In this document: piece by piece, positions 1-7,784 of the stretch
Position numbering within the stretch: the stretch's first letter is position 1
Layout of the letters: each line of letters starts with the position of its first letter
Source: Nostoc sp. DedSLP01
Lineage (GTDB): Bacteria; Cyanobacteriota; Cyanobacteriia; Cyanobacteriales; Nostocaceae
NCBI GenBank assembly: GCA_034530875.2
Contig: JAVRCJ020000013.1
Coordinates: 1-64,000, forward strand
Length of the DNA stretch: 64,000 nt
Reading direction: 5' to 3'
Made by a program: the position numbers and the translations under genes
The notes under the pieces: model-generated
Database searches by the model: none
The model's input: the letters and a program-made list of their open reading frames with translations, nothing else
What the model was told of the DNA's origin: nothing

Positions 1-1347
1 CTTTACGGTGGAGATGGCAACGATACTCTCTACGGCGAAGACGACGGCACACAGAGCCAAACATACGACGGTAGCCAGGATAACGATACCCTAAATGGCG
101 GTGCTGGCAATGACTATCTCTCTGGTGGTGTTGGCAATGACACCCTCGATGGCGGCGCTGGCATTGATACTGCCGACTTTAGTTTCTCGAATGATGGGAT
201 TAGTGGCAATTTGTCAACTGGACAAGTTACTCACTTAAGCTTTACAGATAAGTTAATTTCGATTGAAAATCTCATCGGCTCTAGTGGCAATGACACCCTA
301 TTAGGAGATAGTGCTGACAATGTTTTAAATGGTGGCGATGGTAATGACTTACTGTCTGGTGGAAGCGGTCATGATACCCTTATAGGTGGAAACGGTAATG
401 ATACCCTTGATGGTGAGGCTGGCATTGATACTGCCAACTTTAGTTTTTTGACTGATGGGATTTACTGCGATTTGTCAACTGGACAAGCTACTTTCTCAAC
501 CTTTACAAACAAGTTAATTTCGATTGAAAATCTCGTCGGCTCTAGTGGCAATGACACGCTATTAAGCGATTCTTCTAATTACTTTGGTGTATTCGGTGGC
601 GCTGGTAACGATTTCATTGTCGGTGGAGTTAGCGATAACTCTTTCTATGGCGATATTGGTAACGATACACTTTACGGTGGAGATGGCAACGATGTACTTG
701 CCGGCAAAAACTGGTTCAACAACCCGTTAATATATGGTAACCAAGACAATGACATCCTAGATGGTGGTGCTGGCAATGACCGACTCTTCGGCGATGTTGG
801 CAATGACACTCTTTATGGCAACACTGGTAACGATTCCTTAAGTGGTGGAGATGGCAACGACTATCTCAATGGTTATAAGGATAGTGACACTCTCGATGGC
901 AACAATGGCGACGACCTTCTTTTCGGTCAGCAAGGTAACGACATTCTTTACGGTGGAGATGGTAACGATTCTCTCTACGGTGAAGACGACGGCACACAGA
1001 GCCAAATCTATGACGGTAGCCAAGACAATGACACCTTATATGGTGGAAATGGCAACGATGTTCTTGTGGGAGGACTTGGTAGCGATGTTCTTGTGGGAGG
1101 GCTTGGTGCAGATAAGTTCATCTTTAACAGAGCAAATGAAGGAAGCGACCGTATTAAAGACTTTAATCGGCTGGAAGGGGACAAAATTTTGATTACTGCT
1201 TCAAATTTTGGAACAGGAGTTACTTTACAACAGTTCAATTTCAACTACAGCACCAATACCTTATTCTTCAACAATCAACAGATTGCGATTTTAGATAACG
1301 TCACTAACAGTAACTTTTCTGTTAGCCAAGATGTTACCTTAATATGA
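1..1347 (+). CDS. RTX/hemolysin-type Ca2+-binding repeat protein, 5'-truncated by the window
   Basis: The frame of ORF 211..1347 is open back to base 1 (LYGGDGNDTLYGEDDG...). Many GGxGxDxL nonapeptides. C-terminal DRIKDF...DKI...LFF segment typical of type I secreted RTX proteins. Confidence 0.9.
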   Translation, partial: LYGGDGNDTLYGEDDGTQSQTYDGSQDNDTLNGGAGNDYLSGGVGNDTLDGGAGIDTADFSFSNDGISGNLSTGQVTHLSFTDKLISIENLIGSSGNDTLLGDSADNVLNGGDGNDLLSGGSGHDTLIGGNGNDTLDGEAGIDTANFSFLTDGIYCDLSTGQATFSTFTNKLISIENLVGSSGNDTLLSDSSNYFGVFGGAGNDFIVGGVSDNSFYGDIGNDTLYGGDGNDVLAGKNWFNNPLIYGNQDNDILDGGAGNDRLFGDVGNDTLYGNTGNDSLSGGDGNDYLNGYKDSDTLDGNNGDDLLFGQQGNDILYGGDGNDSLYGEDDGTQSQIYDGSQDNDTLYGGNGNDVLVGGLGSDVLVGGLGADKFIFNRANEGSDRIKDFNRLEGDKILITASNFGTGVTLQQFNFNYSTNTLFFNNQQIAILDNVTNSNFSVSQDVTLI

Positions 1348-1606
1348 CCTTTTCACCTCATGACTTACATACTCCTGATTCTGTACTCAAAACTCTTTTA
1401 TAAATAGCAGATACTGAAGACAGGTAATGTAAGTTTGCTAGGTTTTGAAGAATTCTTCTCCAAACCTCTCCCCACTGCGGGAGAGGTTTTATAATCCTAT
1501 TATTTAGAGTAAATTATTCATTTTCTGCGCCTTTTACCAATTCCAAATTATTAGCTATGCGCCTCTACCGATGTACTTCATTGCTGTATTAACAATAATT
1601 TAGAGT

Positions 1607-1737
1607 ATATAGGAATCTGGTTTGATTTGTGAATTTACTTGCGTAGACAGGGAGTAGCGAGTAGGGAGTGGGGAGTAGGAAAGAAGCCTTGTTTGGGTGT
1701 ACTGATTTTTTTCATAATTCAAATATGAGTTCTATAT
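1607..1737. mobile_element. MITE-like element with imperfect ~27-bp terminal inverted repeats and internal GGGAGT(A/G) heptamers
   Basis: Left end ATATAGGAATCTGGTTTGATTTGTGAA; reverse complement of right end ATATAGAACTCATATTTGAATTATGAA; no ORF. Confidence 0.6.
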
Positions 1738-2026
1738 CTAACAATACTATTTGATTACTCGATCGCTGGTAGAGAGAGCAAACAGAAAATAATAGAGTAA
1801 AAGTGTACCTAACTTCATGACAATCAAGCATGAGTTCTATTGATTGATATCACGAGCAAAATTTGGAATTGAATTGATGATTGTACTCTCGCCACAGTGA
1901 GATAACAAAGCTCATGTAAAGAATAGTTACTAGATAACCTTATTACATACTCGATAGTGATAACTTTTTGAACTTGACATATAAATCAGATTTGATTTCT
2001 GAAAAAACGACCTACTCTTAAAGCTT

Positions 2027-2932
2027 ATGTCTCCAAAAATTGCTATTCCTATTTTAAGTATCATGTTTGCAATGCTCGTGCCTAATGTGGTAGCTGCTGA
2101 GACTGTGATGCAAAAAGTAGCCAGAACAGGAGTATTAACAGCTGGTACTAGTAAAGATGCGCTACCTTTTGCATATATGGATAGCAAAGGAAAGTTAAAT
2201 GGCTATTCGGTAGACATGCTAACTCTGATTAAAGAGCAATTAGAAAAAAAACTACGAAAAAAAATTAAACTGCAATTAGTTGGTCTTAGTCCATCTGAGC
2301 GCATTCCTAGAATAGTCGATGGAAAAGTTGATATTGTGTGTGATGCTAGTAGTTTTACTTGGGAACGAGATAAAAAAGTAGACTTTTCTGTAAGCTACGG
2401 CGTGACTGGAACCCAATTACTAGTTAAGACAGAAAGCAATCTAGGTTCTCCGGAATCGCTGATTGAAAAGAGAATTGGCGTGTTGCCAGGAACCACAAAC
2501 GAGCAGGCGATCGCTCGCGTCCAACCCAAAGCTAAACTAGTATATTTTAAAACTAGGACGGAAGGATACACAGCTTTGCAAAAAGGTATTATTGATGCTT
2601 TCTCATCGGATAGCATTCTTTTAGAGGGATGGCTGCAAAAGCAAGAAAATCAAGATACTTTTGCGATCGTACCCGATCGCCCCTATTCACAAGAAGGTAT
2701 CGCTTGCATGGTGCCAGAAAATAACTCGCAATTCTTGGATACAGTCAACTATTCTCTGGTTAAATTCATGCAAGGATTCGTCAATGGTAATGAGCGATAT
2801 GTCGCTATTTTTGACCGTTGGTTTGGCTCTCAAGGCGCTGTAGTGCTAAATCGTGATTTACGTGATTTGGTAGTGGAAACTATGCGATTGGTTATAGAAT
2901 TTCGTGAGGAAATTCCCAAAACAGATCTGTAA
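2027..2932 (+). CDS. Family 3 (polar amino acid type) solute-binding protein, orphan
   Basis: Signal peptide; PFAY, GYSVD, VDIVC, FTWERDKKVDFS motifs; no permease or ATPase gene adjacent. Confidence 0.85.
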   Translation: MSPKIAIPILSIMFAMLVPNVVAAETVMQKVARTGVLTAGTSKDALPFAYMDSKGKLNGYSVDMLTLIKEQLEKKLRKKIKLQLVGLSPSERIPRIVDGKVDIVCDASSFTWERDKKVDFSVSYGVTGTQLLVKTESNLGSPESLIEKRIGVLPGTTNEQAIARVQPKAKLVYFKTRTEGYTALQKGIIDAFSSDSILLEGWLQKQENQDTFAIVPDRPYSQEGIACMVPENNSQFLDTVNYSLVKFMQGFVNGNERYVAIFDRWFGSQGAVVLNRDLRDLVVETMRLVIEFREEIPKTDL

Positions 2933-2969
2933 TATCGCCTCCAGTCAAAGACTTATGATTAACGGTTAA

Positions 2970-3950
2970 TCACTGAGTCTGAAAAATATTTTGCACCATT
3001 TTTTTATCTGTACTTGCTGCTGCTTTATCTAACTCTGCAATTTCACCAGCATCTAATTGCCAACCCAAAGCACCAATATTTTCCCTTGCTTGTTCCACAG
3101 TCTTTGCACCAGGGATGGGAATGGTGCCTTTACAGATACACCAGTTAATTGCTACCTGTGACATAGTTTTGTTTCTAGACTGTGCGATTTCTTGCAAACA
3201 TTCTAAGAGCGATCGCACCCCTGGTAAAATCTGTCTAAACAGCAGACCCCGGATACCTTTGGGAAAAGCACCTCCAACAGAGTATTTCCCTGTCAATAAT
3301 CCCAAAGCCAAAGGGCTGTAAGCAATCAATTTGATTCCCAACTCATCACAAACATCTTTGAGTTCGAGTTGCGTCACCGGATATGTAGACAACAAAGAAT
3401 ATTGAACTTGCAAAGTACTGATGGGAACGCCTCGCTGGGCAAACTTTTTGTGTACTTGCTTGAGCCGTTTCGGCCCGTAATTGGATAGTCCCACTCCCTT
3501 AACTAAGCCTTGCTCGTAGACATCAGCCAGACCATCCAATAACCCCCGTTCTTGCCAAGGAGCATAATTTGCTGTAGACCAATGCATCTGTACTAAATCG
3601 ACATTTTTTCCCAGACGTTGAGCAGATGACTTGCAAGCCTTTACCATCGATTGGCGCGTCCATCTCCACGGGTAAGCAGCAAGCTTAGTCGCAATACAAA
3701 TATTTTCTTGATTAGAACCTACATATTCTCGATTGAATCGTCCCAATAGTAGTTCGCTTCGACCATTGAATCTCCCAGTTCCGTAAGAATCGCCCGTATC
3801 AAATAAAGTTACACCGTTGCTGACACAAAGGTTAAAGACCGCTTGCAACTGGTCATCCATGCTTTCGTCATATCCCCAAAGCAATTGGTTACCCCAGGCC
3901 CAAGTCCCGCAGCCCATGTTTGGGAAAAACAGTTTTTGGAGAGTCTGCAT
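2970..3950 (-). CDS. Aldo/keto reductase (pyridoxal reductase-like)
   Basis: GTWAWG, FDTGDSYG, IATK, QMHW, GLSNY, AYSPLALGLLTGKY, PIPGAK motifs. Confidence 0.9.
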   Translation of the reverse strand: MQTLQKLFFPNMGCGTWAWGNQLLWGYDESMDDQLQAVFNLCVSNGVTLFDTGDSYGTGRFNGRSELLLGRFNREYVGSNQENICIATKLAAYPWRWTRQSMVKACKSSAQRLGKNVDLVQMHWSTANYAPWQERGLLDGLADVYEQGLVKGVGLSNYGPKRLKQVHKKFAQRGVPISTLQVQYSLLSTYPVTQLELKDVCDELGIKLIAYSPLALGLLTGKYSVGGAFPKGIRGLLFRQILPGVRSLLECLQEIAQSRNKTMSQVAINWCICKGTIPIPGAKTVEQARENIGALGWQLDAGEIAELDKAAASTDKKMVQNIFQTQ

Positions 3951-4160
3951 CTTTGCTCTGTTGTAGATTGCCTTGTTTATTTGATTCGTAGCAGATAGTC
4001 GCCGCTAGTGTAGCGGCTGTTAAAAAAGCGATCGCTCCAACTGACAGCAGATTTAAATAAGCGCCAACCACACTATCTATAATCTTAAAGCTGCCGCAGA
4101 GCGTATTTAACTTGAGAATTCAATAATTCTGATTCCTGAATTTTGAATTCTGCCCTCTAA

Positions 4161-4346
4161 TCAATTGCGGAAATTTCTACGCTGCTTATGCTTGGCGATC
4201 GCTTTGCGTTTGCGTTTTTCTAGGGGCGTTTCAAAGTGGCGATGCTTTCTGATATCTGGAAAAATTCCTGCCTTAGACACTTCTCGCTTAAATCTACGTA
4301 AAGCTGATTCTATCCCTTCATTTTCGCCTACGATTATTTGGGTCAT
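4161..4346 (-). CDS. rpsU: 30S ribosomal protein S21
   Basis: [14 protein letters not shown]...HFETP...KRK signature, 61 aa. Confidence 0.97.
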   Translation of the reverse strand: MTQIIVGENEGIESALRRFKREVSKAGIFPDIRKHRHFETPLEKRKRKAIAKHKQRRNFRN

Positions 4347-4413
4347 AGTATATTCCTACTAACTTTGTTTGATGAATATGCGTAGTGGTAAACACCTTGT
4401 TTAACGGGAGCGC

Positions 4414-4438
4414 AAAAAAAAGCAGACCTCTTGTCTGC
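4414..4438 (-). terminator. Intrinsic terminator-like hairpin between rbp and rpsU
   Basis: Minus strand GCAGAC-AAGAG-GTCTGC followed by T8. Confidence 0.6.
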
Positions 4439-4475
4439 CCTCAAGACCTGAGAGTTCAATTATTAGGTTTATACC

Positions 4476-4790
4476 TTAGTAGCGTCGAGAGTATCCACCA
4501 CCACCACCACTACTGTTCCCTCGTCTTCCACCAGAAGAACCTCCATCTGTCTTGGGTCTAGCTTTATTAACTTTTAAGCTTCTACCCATCCACTCAGCGC
4601 TATCAAGGGCTTCAATTGCTGCCGCTTCTTGGGCGTCTGATTCCATTTTTACAAAACCAAAACCTCTGACACGACCTGTTTCTCGGTCGATAGGCAATTG
4701 AACTTCTTGTACAGTTCCGTATTCTGAAAAGACCTGTCTGAGGTCATCTTCTTTGACCTCATAAGATAGATTACCAACATAAATTGACAT
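4476..4790 (-). CDS. rbpA: RRM RNA-binding protein with Gly-rich tail (RbpA type)
   Basis: RNP2 IYVGNL, RNP1 RGFGFV, Gly-rich C-terminus ending SRRY; rbp-rpsU arrangement is known in Anabaena. Confidence 0.9.
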   Translation of the reverse strand: MSIYVGNLSYEVKEDDLRQVFSEYGTVQEVQLPIDRETGRVRGFGFVKMESDAQEAAAIEALDSAEWMGRSLKVNKARPKTDGGSSGGRRGNSSGGGGGYSRRY

Positions 4791-4880
4791 AAAATTTCTC
4801 CAGAAGCAGGGGAGTGTAGAGATTTATATCCGGAGAGGCCTGTAATACTACTATATATAAATACAAATTCCACAGCCGAA
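4791..4880 (-). promoter_or_regulatory. rbp 5' leader with conserved boxes and an anti-RBS element
   Basis: Minus strand reads TTCGG...TTTGTATTT...TCTCCGGA...TTCTGGAGA-AATTTT-ATG; TCTCC can pair with the GGAGA RBS, as in cold-regulated cyanobacterial rbp leaders. Confidence 0.6.
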
Positions 4881-4970
4881 TTTAATCTTCCTTTGACACT
4901 TTAACATAAATTCAACCGTGAATATTCTTAAGAGCGACTGGGGAAGAGTATGAGGGGCACAAAGGTAAAG

Positions 4971-5024
4971 AGGCAGGCGGCAGGCGGCAGAAGGCAGAAG
5001 GCAGGAGCTAGGGGGCAGAAGGCA
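4971..5024. repeat. Heptamer tandem repeat (GGCAG-based STRR)
   Basis: aggcaggcggcaggcggcagaaggcagaaggcagg...; related copies near 13676-13696 and 35121-35152. Confidence 0.7.
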
Positions 5025-5061
5025 AAACTCTTAATTTAGACTTTGGGTTTTCAAATGCCTC

Positions 5062-5105
5062 TTACTGATGCGTATAATGAAGATTACTGATACGCATAAT
5101 GAAAA
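5062..5105 (+). promoter_or_regulatory. 22-bp tandem direct repeat upstream of pqqA
   Basis: TTACTGATGCGTATAATGAAGA / TTACTGATACGCATAATGAAAA, 19 of 22 identical; regulatory role inferred. Confidence 0.45.
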
Positions 5106-5269
5106 TATAGTAAAAAACAGTAAAAATACTGTATGTTTCTTGTGTAACAGAGTTTAGTCTAAAGCAAATAAATTTGGAGCTAGCAAATAAGACAAATAGT
5201 AAGTAAAACTACCAAAATTAATTGCAGCCCAAATTAAAGACTGAGCATTTATTTCAAGAGGTGTTCCTA

Positions 5270-5461
5270 ATGATTCGCGAAACAAACGATCGCTCCATGC
5301 AAGAGCAAGAAAGCAATAGCTCACAATTAAGTGAGGATGTCTCTGCTAGAACCTCATTCCATCCTCCAAATATTAAGTCAGCTATTGATTGGGAAAAACC
5401 AGATTTTGACGAGCTTGACTTGTGCATGGAAATCACCACATACATTCTCAACGGGCAATAA
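5270..5461 (+). CDS. pqqA: PQQ precursor peptide PqqA with long N-terminal extension (63 aa)
   Basis: C-terminal WEKPDFDELDLCMEITTY has the W-x-K-P and E-x-x-x-Y motifs. GAGGT SD 7 nt before ATG 5270. Directly upstream of pqqB. Confidence 0.88.
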   Translation: MIRETNDRSMQEQESNSSQLSEDVSARTSFHPPNIKSAIDWEKPDFDELDLCMEITTYILNGQ

Positions 5462-5483
5462 TTTAAATACCCAGTTTAATTAC

Positions 5484-5591
5484 TAGACCTTTTGTAAAAC
5501 TATTTTTACAAGAGGGGGAAGGGGAAAAGGTTAAAGGGAAAAGCCTTTTTCTTACGCCTTTCCCCTTTTCCCCACTTCTGCAAGAAGTCTG
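5484..5591. mobile_element. TAGAC...GTCTA-ended MITE-like element, copy 1
   Basis: Ends TAGACCTTTTGTA and TGCAAGAAGTCT; homologous to 9667-9775 and 48342-48440, which are inverted relative to it. Confidence 0.65.
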
Positions 5592-5624
5592 GTGAATTAA
5601 AATCTCTACCTGCTTTTTGTTTTT

Positions 5625-6530
5625 ATGTTCCTAAAAATTCTTGGTACTGCCGCAGGTGGCGGTTTTCCTCAGTGGAATTGTAACTGTCCCAATTGCCAAG
5701 CAGTCCGCACAAGTCGCGCAGGTGTCAATTGGCTCAACCAGTCATCAATTGCGGTGAGGAAAAACAATGAGCCTTGGTTTTTAGTCAATGCCTCTCCAGA
5801 TATACGCCCGCAGTTAGAGAGATTGCGGGAAGGGCAACCGTCTACAATTCGGTCAAGCCCGATCGCTGGTGTTTTATTAACTGATGCAGAGATTGACCAT
5901 ACCACTGGCTTGGTTATCCTAAGAGAATCTACGGAAAAACTGCGCGTCTACGGTACTGAAACAGTACATAAGGCTCTGACAGACGGTTATCCCCTGCTGT
6001 CCACGTTAGCAAGCTATTGTGGCGTGGAATGGTCTGTACTCGAACCTCACGTACCTATAAACCTGGGGTTAAATGGAGCAGATGGTTTGGAAGTGGAGGT
6101 ATTTCCACTAGCAGCCAAACCACCAAAATATATGCGCCATAAGACAAATTTAGATGGAATTTGGGTTATAGGTTTAACATTTCGCGATCGCACAACTGGC
6201 AAAGTTGCAACTTATGCTCCAGGTTTAGCGGAAATTGACGAAAAAATCCTAGAGCGATTCGAGTCTAGTGACTGCATATTAGTAGATGGCACTTGCTGGC
6301 AAAATGATGAGTTATTGGCTTTAGGAGTATCAAAGCTGCAAGCCCGCGATATGGGACACTTACCCCTAAACGTTAGTTTAAAAAGCCTTGCTAATTTGAG
6401 CCGTCCTCGGAAAATTCTCGTTCACATCAACAACACAAACCCAATCCTGTTACCTGATTCAGAGGAACGCAAAATTGTAGAAGCCGCAGGAGTAGAAGTT
6501 GGTTACGATGGGCTGACCATCGAATTGTAA
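5625..6530 (+). CDS. pqqB: PQQ biosynthesis protein B (MBL-fold hydroxylase)
   Basis: LGTAAGGGFPQWNCNCPNC, NASPD, DHTTGL, DGT, MGHL, HINNTNP. Confidence 0.96.
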   Translation: MFLKILGTAAGGGFPQWNCNCPNCQAVRTSRAGVNWLNQSSIAVRKNNEPWFLVNASPDIRPQLERLREGQPSTIRSSPIAGVLLTDAEIDHTTGLVILRESTEKLRVYGTETVHKALTDGYPLLSTLASYCGVEWSVLEPHVPINLGLNGADGLEVEVFPLAAKPPKYMRHKTNLDGIWVIGLTFRDRTTGKVATYAPGLAEIDEKILERFESSDCILVDGTCWQNDELLALGVSKLQARDMGHLPLNVSLKSLANLSRPRKILVHINNTNPILLPDSEERKIVEAAGVEVGYDGLTIEL

Positions 6531-6551
6531 TTTTGAGGTGGAATAAAAAGC

Positions 6552-7271
6552 GTGTTGGAATTAGTTAAAGAACCTCTCCCTTGGACTCAGACAGAACTAG
6601 AGGCAGTATTGCGATCGCAACATCGCCGCTATCATCATCTGCATCCATTTCATGCGAGGATGAACAGCGGTGATTTAACGCCAACAGAAGTCCGACGCTG
6701 GGTAGCAAATAGATTTTATTATCAAAAAAGTATTCCCCTAAAAGATGCTGCCATCATCTCAAACTGCCCCGATTTAGAAGTGCGGCGAGAATGGATTCAA
6801 CGCATCATCGACCATGACGGTCAAGGCGACGACGAAGGTGGTATTGAAGCATGGTTAAAACTCGGTAAAGCAGTAGGATTGTCTCGTCAAGAACTCTTAG
6901 AAGACCAGCACGTACTGCCAGGAGTTCAATATGCAGTAGATGCCTACGTTAACTTTTGTCGCACTCGACCCTGGATTGAAGCGGTAGCTGCATCGCTAAC
7001 CGAACTTTTTGGCCCTGATGCAATTCGAGTCCGCCTAGCTGCATTAGAAGAACATTATCCCTGGATAGATCCTGCTGGATTTGACTACTTCCGGGCGCGT
7101 CTTTACCAAGCCCCCAGAGATGCCCAATACGCCCTCAAGCTAGTCCTCAAACACTGCCGCACTCGCGAATCTCAGGAGAAAGCAGTACAAGCTTTAGTAT
7201 TCAAGTGTAATTTATTGTGGAGTCAATTAGAAGCGATCGAACGTGGCGATACTAGACCGCAAGAAGTATAG
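6552..7271 (+). CDS. pqqC: Pyrroloquinoline-quinone synthase
   Basis: HPFH, WVANRFYYQ..IP.KDAAI, RIIDHDG, GGIEAW, SLTELF, HYPWI, QAPRD. Confidence 0.96.
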   Translation: MLELVKEPLPWTQTELEAVLRSQHRRYHHLHPFHARMNSGDLTPTEVRRWVANRFYYQKSIPLKDAAIISNCPDLEVRREWIQRIIDHDGQGDDEGGIEAWLKLGKAVGLSRQELLEDQHVLPGVQYAVDAYVNFCRTRPWIEAVAASLTELFGPDAIRVRLAALEEHYPWIDPAGFDYFRARLYQAPRDAQYALKLVLKHCRTRESQEKAVQALVFKCNLLWSQLEAIERGDTRPQEV

Positions 7272-7326
7272 GAGGAAATGAGGAGATGGGGAGAAAGAAT
7301 AAGCAATACCCAATATCCAGCACATT

Positions 7327-7360
7327 AATTGCGAATTACGAATTACGAATTACGAATTAA
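7327..7360. repeat. (AATTACG)n heptamer array abutting the pqqD start
   Basis: taattgcgaattacgaattacgaattacgaattaa then ATG. Confidence 0.8.
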
Positions 7361-7645
7361 ATGAGTATTATAGACAATCATGCCCGACCGCGCTTAGTTC
7401 GTGGCGTGCGTTTGCGCTGGGATGATGTGAGAAAGCAACATTGGCTCCTGGTTCCTGAAGGGGCGCTGCAATTAAACTCCACAGCAGCAGCAATTCTAGC
7501 ACTTTGTAATGGCGAGCGAACTCTCAACGCGATCGCAACAGAATTAGAGAAACAGTACCAAGGCGAAAACCTGCTAGAGGACGTGCGCCATCTGCTGTCT
7601 CGAATTAGCCAACGAGGACTATTAATTGTAGAAGGGAACAGCTAG
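7361..7645 (+). CDS. pqqD: PqqD peptide chaperone (RRE domain)
   Basis: RPRL.RGVRLRWD, LLVPEG..LN.TAAAILALC.GERT, 94 aa, between pqqC and pqqE. Confidence 0.95.
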   Translation: MSIIDNHARPRLVRGVRLRWDDVRKQHWLLVPEGALQLNSTAAAILALCNGERTLNAIATELEKQYQGENLLEDVRHLLSRISQRGLLIVEGNS

Positions 7646-7674
7646 CAGGCAGGAGATAAAAATGTTAATCCAGA

Positions 7675-7705
7675 TGTAGAGACGTTGCATTCCAGCGTCT
7701 CTACA
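7675..7705. repeat. REP-like palindrome
   Basis: TGTAGAGACG...CGTCTCTACA. Confidence 0.7.
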
Positions 7706-7755
7706 GAAATGTTGATATAGCGCCAATCGTTTTCGTACATAAAATCAGCAATCCT

Positions 7756-7784
7756 TAATTACGAATTACGAATTACGAATTAAT
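7756..7784. repeat. (AATTACG)n heptamer array abutting the pqqE start
   Basis: taattacgaattacgaattacgaattaat then ATG. Confidence 0.8.

Noticed and set aside
5143..5158. Possible NtcA site GTAACAGAGTTTAG upstream of pqqA
   Set aside because: Right half is TAG, not TAC; too weak in AT-rich DNA.
5222..5269. TTG start giving a 79-aa PqqA
   Set aside because: The SD-like GAGGT precedes ATG 5270; none supports the TTG.
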